From Candidatus Sumerlaeaceae bacterium (GTDB lineage: Bacteria > Sumerlaeota > Sumerlaeia > Sumerlaeales > Sumerlaeaceae): a stretch of DNA of 64,000 bases. Under the pieces are notes generated by a model. That model made no database searches, was not told the DNA's origin, and saw only the letters and a program-made list of their open reading frames with translations. The translations under genes were made by a program, and so were the position numbers. The stretch is from positions 88,366-152,365 of the forward strand of contig JBPCLP010000013.1 in NCBI GenBank assembly GCA_051003195.1, written 5' to 3'. This document shows, one piece after another, positions 30,564 to 40,368 of this stretch (positions are counted from its first letter, which is position 1; each line of letters starts with the position of its first letter).

Positions 30564-30760
30564 CATCCCGACCCGGCCAAACGACCACGCACGCGACCAA
30601 AACTCGTACCCCGCTCCTGGGAGTGCGACACCGCGTGCCGCACCATACAACCCGGGCATTTCCTATTACGCGTCCTGCACGTTTGGACCCGGTTTCGGAA
30701 CCTCAGAACTTCACATACACACGAATAACGACGAATGATGTAAGGATCCGAGTGCGCGGG

Positions 30761-30926
30761 CGACTGCGGTTGGAGGCTTTTCAAGTTTTTCAAGTTTTTC
30801 AAGTTTTTTTCAAGTTTGCCGTGTAGAAGATTGAAAGGACTGCAGATAAATCAAGTTGGCGAAAAATGGGTAATTTCGCCACTTGAAAAACGGTAATCCT
30901 CGCGTAAGAATTCGCCGGGCCCGTGG
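30761..30926 (+). repeat. Intergenic repeat, copy 1 (includes TTTTTCAAG microsatellite)
   Basis: Homologous to the reverse complement of 37250-37392, with a perfect 29-bp core at 30871-30899. Confidence 0.9.
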
Positions 30927-31403
30927 ATTTCCCGCTTCCTTGCGCGATGGCGCGGTTTTTCCGCCAGGCGCATGGACGTAAAATGCCACGCGGATTTGGG
31001 CGCAGAAGTCCCTTTGCCGTTGGTCACGGCGGTCAGGCTGCATAGTTTTCAAAGAACACGTTCGGCTTACTACGCGGACACGTTTACACCAGGTTGGGGG
31101 TGCGTGCCTATTCCCTGGCGTCACCTTAGGGTGGGCTAACTCCAATAAAGTCGAAAAAGATTTTGGGCGTACCTGCGCTGGTGCGTGCCGGCAACTCCGG
31201 ATGAGCGTGCGTTTAAGCGATGGGCGTCAGCTGCCTGAAAAGAGGGTATGCCCGAAGGCGAGTGAACCACAAAAGCGGCGGCGCGGGACTCAATGGATAA
31301 CCTGTCACTCAAATCGTCCCCGCAACTGATCCCGTTATTCCTGGCAGCTCCTGGTACTGGTGACCCAATCATAAGTGGCGCCCGAACACGTAGTCAGATT
31401 GAA

Positions 31404-33842
31404 TCAGTACAATGGCCAGCCATGCACTGCAGCCGGCGATGGTTTATATAATCTCAACGAGCTGAATGGGGGTAGTGACACAGCGCTACTGGTCCAGCTT
31501 GTTACGACTAACTGAGGTGTTCGGCCTGCGTTGACCAACAATGCCGTGGGCGAATTAACCGGATAGACGATCCAGCCGGGTCCTGTCAATCCGTCGACCT
31601 GAAAATCCCGAAGTGCTGTGCTTCCCCCGGTTGGCGGCAGCATCATAAAAAATTCGGAGACAGCGGGCGGGTTTGGTCGCAATGCCGCGCCCGCAAGTGT
31701 CGACGCCACCAGTTTGCGGCCAACACGATCGTACGTGCAGCTCAGTTTCTGGCCAAGCGTCCATTCGATGATTCGGCTCGTGCCGACTTCCTGCACCGTG
31801 ACAGAGGAACTGGCTATCTGGTCGGAAATGAAAGCTGCATAGCTGGGCCAATCGCTGGCTTGCTCGCATCGGAAAATTAATCCAGCTTCAATTCGCTCTC
31901 CGGCCAAGTTCAATGGTGTGCTGGAATCGGCGGTAAACACCGAGAGGTTCAAGTGGCCGTCACCCCGGCAAATTGATCCGCTTCTGTCCCTGGGCCCCGT
32001 CGGGTTGGCAAAAATCGGCTGCGCGGCAAGATACACCCCCCCGCGGCGCGCCGACACAACACGACCCATGTTCCACGTGCAGGGCAGCGCAACGGGTACA
32101 CCATCCATCCGGATGTCTTCCCACTCGCCAAACCGTTCGTCGGCGACAAGCGCTAGCATGGCACGCTTCGCCGCAGCTTCACCGGGTGGAACATCTGCGT
32201 CCGAAAAATAAATGACACGGTTGGCCGCCTGCACCGCATGCTGATTCAGCCGCATGCGCTCGCCGGACGTGGCAACCTCATCGGATGTCGCTCCGCATCG
32301 TGCGTACACACCCGCGAACGAGGCTGGATTTCCAGGCTCAGGAACCTGAAGCAGGAAACCCTCAGTCTGAATCGTGTAACATGGGTCGAGGGTTCCAAGT
32401 GAATACGAAGGCGTCAGCAATGAGTAAAACTCCTGGACCCGGGACCGCTGGTACGATTGCGCCGGCAACTGGCGTGAGAGAAATACCTGCGCGATCTCCA
32501 GAGGAGGGGGCTGGTCAAACGAACTCAGAAACGCCGCGGGGTTTATGTCGAGCGAATGGCCTGCGAAGAAATTCTCGGATACGCGGCCGGTCGAAGCATA
32601 CGCAGGCCGGTTAAGCAGCGCGTTCAGCAGGAGACCGGACAACCCGGTACCGCCGCGCAACCCGTCGTCATACGCACGGCTATACGGTCCCGCCTGGTGC
32701 CCTGCGGGCGCGTAATGATGCATGGCAAGCTCAAGCCAGAACCGATCGATCAGAACGCGGCACTGCGCAGCGGCGCGGGTGTCGTCTGTCTCCTTTACAA
32801 ACAGCAGAATCGACCACAGACTCACACCGACATAGACCGGGCTGTTGCACTCGAAAGACGCGCCTGCGGAAGTAATTTTGTCGCAGAAGCCGTCCAGGTA
32901 ATATCGGGCGGCTGAGGTCAGGTCATCGTCCTGGTGAAGTTTGCCGGCCAGCTCCATACCTGCCACCGCCAGCGCAGCAAAGTTTGTGTGTTCCAAAGTA
33001 TAGCCGGTGTCCAGGACGCGCTTAAGATAGTACCCCGCATCCAGCACGGCGGGCGATAGCATCGCGATCGTGTCGCTGGTCAACAAAGCCGGCGGATGCA
33101 GAAGTAATTCGGCAAGCAGCGAAGTAATAAAGAAAGTTGCGCCCTGGTCGGGCTCCTGCAGGTCACTCGAGTTGGTAAAGAACGCGCCGTGATCAAAGGT
33201 GGCGGTGGTAGTGCTTCGGTAAGTCGCAAGTGTTTGCAGGATCGCGTTTGCGCGCATCGCCGACGCTGCATCACCCTTTTGCAGCAGCGCCCATGCATAG
33301 TACGCATCTTCGCGGCTCCAGTGAAAATCGTCATTCGGGTCATTGCCTAGCCAGGTGCCGGTTGTATGCGGGTCGAACAAGGCGTCCATTCTGTTAAGGG
33401 TCAACGCGAGATACTGTAGCGCCACCGCCGCGCTCGTCTCCTGGGCGAGCACGGGGGACGAGCCCGTGCGTGAAAAGGTTGCCCAGGCACGCTGACGGGC
33501 CTCGGTGAGCGTGACCGTAAGATACGACGGCCCGGGTCCGCAAAGCGCGGCATCAATGATGATGGTGCTGGTGGCGACGGGATCGTAAACACTTGTCGTG
33601 GTTTCGGTTAAACCCGACATAATCTCATTCCGCCGAAGCCGAAGCGTATCCGTGCTTGCTGACAAGCCCGGTGGCAGAATGACAGTCACCGATCCGGTAC
33701 TGTCGAAGTAGTGGTTATATCGTGCACCCGACAGGACAAACCGCGTGTCGGGCAATGGACTTTCCGCAAATGCATACATGCATCCCATACACGCCACTAA
33801 CATGCACACAATGCGCAGCAGGGGAATGCGAGTGAAGAGCAT
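31404..33842 (-). CDS. Large secreted protein, probable alpha/alpha-toroid (heparinase/lyase-like) enzyme, with C-terminal WxxY motif
   Basis: Signal peptide ending YAFA; helical core with HTNF, ECNSPVY and AGPYSRAY; ends AAVHGWPLY. The fold assignment is inference. Confidence 0.65.
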   Translation of the reverse strand: MLFTRIPLLRIVCMLVACMGCMYAFAESPLPDTRFVLSGARYNHYFDSTGSVTVILPPGLSASTDTLRLRRNEIMSGLTETTTSVYDPVATSTIIIDAALCGPGPSYLTVTLTEARQRAWATFSRTGSSPVLAQETSAAVALQYLALTLNRMDALFDPHTTGTWLGNDPNDDFHWSREDAYYAWALLQKGDAASAMRANAILQTLATYRSTTTATFDHGAFFTNSSDLQEPDQGATFFITSLLAELLLHPPALLTSDTIAMLSPAVLDAGYYLKRVLDTGYTLEHTNFAALAVAGMELAGKLHQDDDLTSAARYYLDGFCDKITSAGASFECNSPVYVGVSLWSILLFVKETDDTRAAAQCRVLIDRFWLELAMHHYAPAGHQAGPYSRAYDDGLRGGTGLSGLLLNALLNRPAYASTGRVSENFFAGHSLDINPAAFLSSFDQPPPLEIAQVFLSRQLPAQSYQRSRVQEFYSLLTPSYSLGTLDPCYTIQTEGFLLQVPEPGNPASFAGVYARCGATSDEVATSGERMRLNQHAVQAANRVIYFSDADVPPGEAAAKRAMLALVADERFGEWEDIRMDGVPVALPCTWNMGRVVSARRGGVYLAAQPIFANPTGPRDRSGSICRGDGHLNLSVFTADSSTPLNLAGERIEAGLIFRCEQASDWPSYAAFISDQIASSSVTVQEVGTSRIIEWTLGQKLSCTYDRVGRKLVASTLAGAALRPNPPAVSEFFMMLPPTGGSTALRDFQVDGLTGPGWIVYPVNSPTALLVNAGRTPQLVVTSWTSSAVSLPPFSSLRLYKPSPAAVHGWPLY

Positions 33843-34138
33843 CTACGCATTAACCATAAAGCCTGTACACTGTTCGCAGAAAACTGGACCACTCGATGCC
33901 CATTAGCTTGGGAACGCCGCCCTGTGCATGCAGGCGGCGGTGAAACATCGTCGGCTGGCGTGGCTGGAAGGGTGGTTATTGTTTTGATTAAGGAGGCTCG
34001 CCCCATCGTTTTAAAACTGTGCAACGATTGGACTCGAGTTCTGGGGGCAGCTGCGGAACCGTTCCGAAACCTGGTCCAAACTGGCAGAGATGCGTAAAAG
34101 GGAATGCCCGGATTGTAGGGTGCCGCCCAGTATTCGCT

Positions 34139-35872
34139 CTAAATTACTGCTATTCCGGACAACTCCCGATTGCTTGAACTGAGCACATATGGAATCGTCG
34201 CCTTAAAAGATGATCCGTTGCCCAGCGTGCTCTGCACGGTAATATCACCGCCCATCATTCTGCAGAGATGTCGGCTAATGGCCAGCCCGAGGCCGGTGCC
34301 CCCATGTCGTCGCGTAGAGGACTTTTCTGCCTGGTAGAACTTTTCGAAGAGCCGATCAAGCTGTTCGGGAGTCATTCCAATTCCCGTATCGGCGACTGTC
34401 AGCTCGAGCCACTCCTCTCCGCCAACAGAAGTCCGGCGGCATTCAATCGTAATCACACCGTCTTTAGTAAACTTGCAGGCATTGGACAAAAGGTTCAGAA
34501 GCACCTGGCGGATTTTGGTGATATCGGAAAACATGAAAGCGGTGTTTGCATCGCACCGGCGCTCCAGCTTGTTGCGGTTAGCCTTCACGATCGGAAGTAC
34601 GGTTGCGACTACCTCGTCCAGCACCATCGCAACTTCGAAACGGACTGGATTGAACTCCAATGTTCCAGACTCAATCTTTGCCAGGTCGAGGCAATTGTTG
34701 ATGAGCGACAGCAGGTGATGAGCAGCGGCAATGATTTTGCTCAGATCACCGCGAAGACGCTCATCGCAGCTGGTGCTTGCCTCTTCCACCACTAACTCAG
34801 CATAGCCAATGATCGCGTTGAGAGGAGTGCGGAATTCATGGCTCATCATTGCCAGGAACTCACTTTTAGCGGTATTTGCGGCCACTGCTATGTCACGCAA
34901 TGCCACCGCATGTTTAACCTGCTCTTCGCGCTCGTTGAGCGCACACTGCGCGCGCGTTCGTTCCGTTATGTTCATCGCCACAATTGTCAGACCTGTGAGG
35001 GTGCCGCCATTTTCGCGCAACGGTTCGGCGGTCACGTCGTAGACTTCAACGTCGTCGTTCAGCGAAAGCCGCAGTTCACGACGAAGCCTCGAACCGCAGG
35101 TGATAGTATCCCGCCAAAGGCGCTGCATAAGTGCGGCATTGTGCGGACTGAGAAACTCGGCGTCTGTCTTTCCAATCATCGCGCTTTCATGAAATCCCCG
35201 TTGGGGATTATATACCCAGGTGTAGCGCAGATCGGCATCCAGTTGCGCAACCATGATGGGCGAATTGAGCAGGGCGATATGAAACCGGTGCTCGCTCTGG
35301 GCAAGATTGTCGTAGGCCTGCTGGAGTTCCTCCGTGCGTGTGACTATTTGCGCTTCCATCTGCGCAATCTTGGCGTCCATCTCTTTGGAAATCCCGAATA
35401 CCGGTGTCTGACTCTGCTTGCGACGTACGTACGGCGTGACGTCTTCCACCCGGTGAATGATGTAGAGAATGGACCCGTCTGCACGCAGGACGGGAGAATT
35501 GATCGGGCTCCAGTAGCGTACCTCAAAATCTCCGCCCTCGGACGCTGGTCGGCGAATATCGTACTTTTGCAGTGCCATTGTATGGGGTTCTGCAGTTCGA
35601 AGAACTGTTTCCAATGACGCCCGGAGATTGCTCTCTCCAGTCGGGCTGGCTTCTTCTGGATTGTCTGGGAAAACCTGGAACAATCCACGTCCAAGGATCT
35701 CCTCGCGCCGTGTCATCGTCGCGGCCAGGTAACCGTCCGTCACCGCGACTATTGTATATTCCTTATCCGGAAGAAGAACAAGGCAATGCGCGGGTGCCGA
35801 TTCGAAAAGCAGACGAAAGTCAGGGCCGGTCGAGTTCGTTAGGACGCGCGTTATTTTGCGAATCGGCTTCAA
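34139..35872 (-). CDS. Cytoplasmic PAS-PAS histidine kinase
   Basis: FPDNP...YDIRR...YWSP PAS domain, [34 protein letters not shown] and GGTGLGL. Confidence 0.95.
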   Translation of the reverse strand: MKPIRKITRVLTNSTGPDFRLLFESAPAHCLVLLPDKEYTIVAVTDGYLAATMTRREEILGRGLFQVFPDNPEEASPTGESNLRASLETVLRTAEPHTMALQKYDIRRPASEGGDFEVRYWSPINSPVLRADGSILYIIHRVEDVTPYVRRKQSQTPVFGISKEMDAKIAQMEAQIVTRTEELQQAYDNLAQSEHRFHIALLNSPIMVAQLDADLRYTWVYNPQRGFHESAMIGKTDAEFLSPHNAALMQRLWRDTITCGSRLRRELRLSLNDDVEVYDVTAEPLRENGGTLTGLTIVAMNITERTRAQCALNEREEQVKHAVALRDIAVAANTAKSEFLAMMSHEFRTPLNAIIGYAELVVEEASTSCDERLRGDLSKIIAAAHHLLSLINNCLDLAKIESGTLEFNPVRFEVAMVLDEVVATVLPIVKANRNKLERRCDANTAFMFSDITKIRQVLLNLLSNACKFTKDGVITIECRRTSVGGEEWLELTVADTGIGMTPEQLDRLFEKFYQAEKSSTRRHGGTGLGLAISRHLCRMMGGDITVQSTLGNGSSFKATIPYVLSSSNRELSGIAVI

Positions 35873-36426
35873 CGCAACTCATCCCTCCCGTCCGTGGTTT
35901 TGTATTCCAGATTGCAGGAACCGTGCCTCGGTTTGTTCAGTACACTATGTGCAAATAAACCAGTAGTAAGCGCGGTAACTCAAAGACTCCAGGCATTGTG
36001 AACTTACGAAGCTTAGGGGACATCGGGGGAACGCCTACCCGGTTGTTGAACTGCTCGCTGAATTGGCGACCGCTGCGAAATTGTTCACCTGCCAACTGGA
36101 ACCAGGAACTGTTACTAACTGCATTCTCGCGGTGCGAGTAAATCCGATCGCCGCACCCAGCTCTCGCACTCCCGCTGCGACCACTCCATCTACCGGATAA
36201 CCATGCCTCCTTCGAGGATCACTTGTTATGCAGCAATAAGTGCTCAGTGACTCAGGCAACGCAAGGCGTTAATTGTTTAACTTAGACGCGGCGCCCAGTT
36301 CTCCGTCCGCTGTTTTCACGTTGTCTGCCGCTTATCATTCAGATGGCGGTATTTTGTTAAGTCGGGGCTTGGGCGAAAGCCTTCCGTCGTGTAGCATGGG
36401 AGTGCGTTGGGCAAAATCGGGAATGG

Positions 36427-36873
36427 TTAAATCCAATCCCCAATTTTAAAGTTCGGCTGGAACGGATCAAGTATCCGTACACCCTCAATGGTTTGCTTGT
36501 TGCTCAAATCTTCGCTCAGAAGAATGTCTAACTGATTGAGGTAAGCTGCTGCCCAGAGTTGAGCATCCCAAAACGATAACTGGTGTTCACGCACTGCCCG
36601 CGTTGCAGTAAGTACCATGCGTGCTGTCAGCTCAATGATCGGCCAGGCCGCAACGAACACCGCTACTTGGCCAGCTGCCTCTGCATGCGTTAGTTTCGGG
36701 ACTAGTTTTTTTGTGCTGACACTGTAGAACTCTGATAGAGATTGGACACTGAGTGAACCTTCGCCCAATTCCTGCAGTTCATCCAGCAGGGACAACGCTC
36801 GCTTTTGCTTCTCAGGCTCTCTCGGATCATGCGCATAGATCAGGATATTCGTATCAATCAGTATCCCGGCCAT
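36427..36873 (-). CDS. vapC: PIN-domain toxin (VapC-like)
   Basis: IDTNILIY, QSLSEF, SFWDA and LLSED. Confidence 0.9.
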   Translation of the reverse strand: MAGILIDTNILIYAHDPREPEKQKRALSLLDELQELGEGSLSVQSLSEFYSVSTKKLVPKLTHAEAAGQVAVFVAAWPIIELTARMVLTATRAVREHQLSFWDAQLWAAAYLNQLDILLSEDLSNKQTIEGVRILDPFQPNFKIGDWI

Positions 36874-37132
36874 ATCGCTCCATAAGGTCCTCGTAAGCGT
36901 CTTCTCTTGTCCAACTGCGTTTTCGCGGAGTAACGTCCAACCTCATCCGTTTGTGTATCAGTCGTCGAGCACGCTTCCAGGATTCCGCGTCATAACCACG
37001 CGAACCAGTTCCGCTCAGGTGCTGGTCAATTGCATGGCGGATCATTGCCGCTTCGCTGAACCCTTTACCCTGCGAGTGGCGCTTCAGCAGTTGTTCCTGG
37101 CGCTCGGTAATGTAGATCTGTTTCCGAATCAC
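36854..37132 (-). CDS. Ribbon-helix-helix antitoxin (VapB-like)
   Basis: RKQIYIT...SEAAMIRHAID RHH pattern and WTRED tail; overlaps the toxin start. Confidence 0.85.
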   Translation of the reverse strand: MIRKQIYITERQEQLLKRHSQGKGFSEAAMIRHAIDQHLSGTGSRGYDAESWKRARRLIHKRMRLDVTPRKRSWTREDAYEDLMERYGRDTD

Positions 37133-37249
37133 AATAACAATTACCTACCATTCAGTGGTCATACATCACAATATACATCATCACTCTGTACGACTTCAAT
37201 TGAATTGCGAAAGGGAGTTTCGGGCACCGGCGAACCCCGCTGTCACGTC

Positions 37250-37392
37250 CCACATCCCCGGCGATTCTTACGTTCGGATTACCGTTTTTCAAGTGGCGAA
37301 ATTAACCCTTTTTCGCCATCTGGAATTTATCTTCAAGCCTTTCTAGCTTCTACACGCCAACTCGAAAAACCTGAAAGCCTCCATTGCAGTCG
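37250..37392 (-). repeat. Intergenic repeat, copy 2 (inverted relative to copy 1)
   Basis: GGATTACCGTTTTTCAAGTGGCGAAATTA at 37276-37304 is the exact reverse complement of 30871-30899, and the flanks also align. Confidence 0.9.
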
Positions 37393-37428
37393 GAACGAAG
37401 CGCTTCAGCAGCAACCGGATGCCGAAGC

Positions 37429-39048
37429 CTAATAGCCCGCCCAGCCCGCAACGTTCGCCGGCGCGGGAATTTCATCGGCGCCTTTGTGTGGTGCCACAGG
37501 GTTGCGCGTTTGCCCGTCGATATCGGTCGTCACCTGTGCAATAGGGAGCCCCTGAAACAACGTTCCTGGGAACGCCGTGAAATGGTGATCGGACAACGAG
37601 GTCCATAGACCGGCAGCGGGTGGATTCGCGACCCGGGGATTGGCATAAGTGGAATTGAGATCCTGGCCGGACTGCGTGCGCCACGCAGTAAGGTCCGCGT
37701 CCGAACCCAACCGGAGATAAAAACTGTTTCGGTCGGAGGTAAAGCTGCCCGGGGCTGTCCGGTAAATGCAGACACCAGTGGTTTCTTCCATGCAGAAGAT
37801 GTTGTTCTTCGCTACCACGTTGGTCGTGCGGGCAGGAAAGCTATCCGGGATGGAGAGGCACGAGGGTGTATAACCCGCGGAACCTGAAGCCCGCTGCGAC
37901 AGATGAACGGAGTTGTTGTACACATTGGCCGACTGCGCGACTGTGCTGGTGCCGGCGACATAAATGCCCGCCACCCATTCCTGGCCAAACGTTATCTGTA
38001 CGTCGGCCACCATGTTGTTATAGATGTTATACGAAAAGCCGGATGCGCGGGTTCCCAGTACCATGCCACTGACGGGCAGAAACGCGCCGCGCTTTCCATG
38101 CACCTGCAGAATTCGATTGTTAAAAATGTTCACGTCGGTGGACGTTGTATTGCCTGCTCCGCTGTGCCAGATGCCGATCGCATAGCCGTCTGAAACCGTA
38201 TCGAACTGTTCGACGGAAATAGTGTTACTCGACACTTCCGCACCGCGCGAGTTCTGCAGTTCAACGCCACTGCGATTGGCTACAATGCGGTTGTTGCGCA
38301 CGATAATGCCGGCCTGTGCGCCGGGTAGTTCGGTAAAGGCATTCAGGTTCTTTGCGGTCGCGGCAACTCCGCTTCCGAATTTATACGCGCCAACCAGGAT
38401 GTCGTTGTTTTCGACCAGCCCGTTGTCCGGATACTCATCGGTAATTTGGGACGAAAGGTAGTACGAGGCAAACTGCACCGCCGGAATAACCGTCGTCCCA
38501 GTGGGGCTGGGGGCAACGGTACGGATCGAGCAGTTTTTCACCTGGCAACCGTCAGAGTTCCCCACGATTTGCACTACCGGAAGCAGCTGACCAAGCAGGG
38601 GGTCCTTTAACAGCGTCAGGTTTTGCGAGCTCGTGCCGTTGTTGGATCCATCAATAATTACATTGTCGGTTTTCACGAAACCATTTGAGGAATCCGTCAG
38701 CGTCGAAGTCGTGCCAATTGCCAGGTGCGCGCGGCCTGAACTGCTGGTGAACTTCACTGTGACGCTTGCGGCCGTCTCAGGCTTGATGATCAGGCGGTTG
38801 CCGTTGAGGTTGCTCTTGCCGAATGTGAGGTTCGATGGCTCCGTCAGGTCGGTCCTGATTCGCAAAACCCAGTCGCCGCCCGTGAGTGCAGGCCCATTCT
38901 GGATTTGCGATAGCGCGGTTGAGAGACTTGGATAGTCAGCCGGTCCGGTTGCCCCAATCGTCGAAAAGCCGGGGCCGACCCCGTTGTAAAAAGCTGCCAT
39001 CGCTGTCGAGCTCAGAACCGCAATGCCGATGCACAGTATCCGACGCAT
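37429..39048 (-). CDS. Secreted right-handed beta-helix protein with C-terminal WxxY motif
   Basis: Signal peptide ending TAMA; repeated I-x-NN-x-I rungs; TTDIDGQTR...GADE; ends ANVAGWAGY. Confidence 0.8.
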   Translation of the reverse strand: MRRILCIGIAVLSSTAMAAFYNGVGPGFSTIGATGPADYPSLSTALSQIQNGPALTGGDWVLRIRTDLTEPSNLTFGKSNLNGNRLIIKPETAASVTVKFTSSSGRAHLAIGTTSTLTDSSNGFVKTDNVIIDGSNNGTSSQNLTLLKDPLLGQLLPVVQIVGNSDGCQVKNCSIRTVAPSPTGTTVIPAVQFASYYLSSQITDEYPDNGLVENNDILVGAYKFGSGVAATAKNLNAFTELPGAQAGIIVRNNRIVANRSGVELQNSRGAEVSSNTISVEQFDTVSDGYAIGIWHSGAGNTTSTDVNIFNNRILQVHGKRGAFLPVSGMVLGTRASGFSYNIYNNMVADVQITFGQEWVAGIYVAGTSTVAQSANVYNNSVHLSQRASGSAGYTPSCLSIPDSFPARTTNVVAKNNIFCMEETTGVCIYRTAPGSFTSDRNSFYLRLGSDADLTAWRTQSGQDLNSTYANPRVANPPAAGLWTSLSDHHFTAFPGTLFQGLPIAQVTTDIDGQTRNPVAPHKGADEIPAPANVAGWAGY

Positions 39049-39199
39049 TACCAGCCTTCCGCCACTAGAGTTGCACAAAGCGGCTGATCTTCAGCATCGC
39101 AACCGCGAACGAAGTAGTAACGTATGGCAGGATGCAATAGGTTATTAACTCTTGAACCGTGGCGTGGCGTCGGATTATTGAGTCGGCCAAAGGTAAATT

Positions 39200-39346
39200 A
39201 TGCCAAGTTCACGAACGGTTCACAAGACGCCGAAGAAGGCCAACAACGTAGACGCGCTGAAGCCCAAGCCGTGGTCGGGGCCGGAGCGTCCCGCTGATAC
39301 GAAAAGTACCAAGGGCGCGGGCAAAAAGAAGAAAAAAAAGAAGTAG
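39200..39346 (+). CDS. 48-aa Lys-rich small protein
   Basis: AAAGGT RBS-like site, then MPSSRTVHKTPKKANNVDALKPKPWSGPERPADTKSTKGAGKKKKKKK; fills the gap before the convergent GDPD stop. Confidence 0.6.
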   Translation: MPSSRTVHKTPKKANNVDALKPKPWSGPERPADTKSTKGAGKKKKKKK

Positions 39347-39358
39347 TCGCTTCAGTTT

Positions 39359-40168
39359 TTACTTGGTGAGTTTAGTGAGGGTTTCGCGGGTGGTATCGGG
39401 CTTGTTGGTGGTGATTGCATCGATGCCCAGTTTGGTGACGCGCTCCACGTCTTCCGGCTTGTCGACTGTCCAGGCGAGTAATGCGAGTCCCGCGTCGCGG
39501 GTCTTTTTGGCCAGTTCTTCGGTGAGGTAGCGATGGTCGAGGTTGACGCCGTCAAACCCGGCCTCCTTCGCCTCGCGGATCACGTCGGGGTCGATCGCCT
39601 TCGGCGTGACGCCTTTCTTCGCAGTGGCGAGGTAATAAGTCTTCAGTCCTGGCATCGCTTTGTGTGCGGCGGTGAGCACGTCGAGCTTAAACCCGATGAG
39701 TACAACCTGCTTCATTTTGCCGCTCTTCTCCAGCACCTGGCGGATTGGCTCGACGGAGGCGACATCGTCTTTGAACTCGAGGACCATCTCCTTACCGGGC
39801 GGCAGCATCTCGAGGAATTCCTCAAGGAACGGGATGACGGTGCCTTTGTACTTTTCGCCATGGTCCATGCTGACGTCTAGTTTGCGCAAAACGTCGGCGG
39901 GCGTTTTTTTGATGCTGTGCTGTACGCCTTGGGCGGTGCGCGAGGTGTCGCCGTCGTGGATAACCATGACGCGGCCATCGCTGCTGATCCAGGTGTCGAG
40001 CTCGACGGCGTCGGCTTTCATTTCCCACGCGAGCTGCACGGCGGGGGTGGTGTTCTCGGGCGCATATGCGGAGGCTCCGCGGTGTGCGTAGATGGGCATG
40101 ACGGGCGCGGCAATGGTCACGCTGCTGGTCAAGCACAGGATGCCTGCAAATGTGCGTGAAGGTGTCAT
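39359..40168 (-). CDS. Glycerophosphodiester phosphodiesterase
   Basis: AHRGAS...APENT, VELD, VIHD, WTVD and GIDAITTNKP. Confidence 0.93.
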   Translation of the reverse strand: MTPSRTFAGILCLTSSVTIAAPVMPIYAHRGASAYAPENTTPAVQLAWEMKADAVELDTWISSDGRVMVIHDGDTSRTAQGVQHSIKKTPADVLRKLDVSMDHGEKYKGTVIPFLEEFLEMLPPGKEMVLEFKDDVASVEPIRQVLEKSGKMKQVVLIGFKLDVLTAAHKAMPGLKTYYLATAKKGVTPKAIDPDVIREAKEAGFDGVNLDHRYLTEELAKKTRDAGLALLAWTVDKPEDVERVTKLGIDAITTNKPDTTRETLTKLTK

Positions 40169-40368
40169 TGTGACGAAAGCTCCAGTACGGTGAGGGTGTC
40201 AGCGAATGGGTTCCAGGTGGTTGGCTGCGCCAGGTCAAGGGTTTCAATCCATCGCTCCGGGGACAGAACCATTAGCGAGGGTTTGGTGTATCGTGATGGC
40301 CAGGGCAGGTTAATTCAAACGAGAAAGTAGCGCTTGCGACGCGGCGTCAAAATGCAGTGGTTAAGCCG

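Noticed and set aside
30087..31372. Short ORFs in the 30.3-31.4 kb gap (for example MKNLKNLKSL... and the repetitive 109-190 aa ORFs)
   Set aside because: Their repetitive translations simply read the 38-bp and 9-bp DNA repeats; no coding signal.
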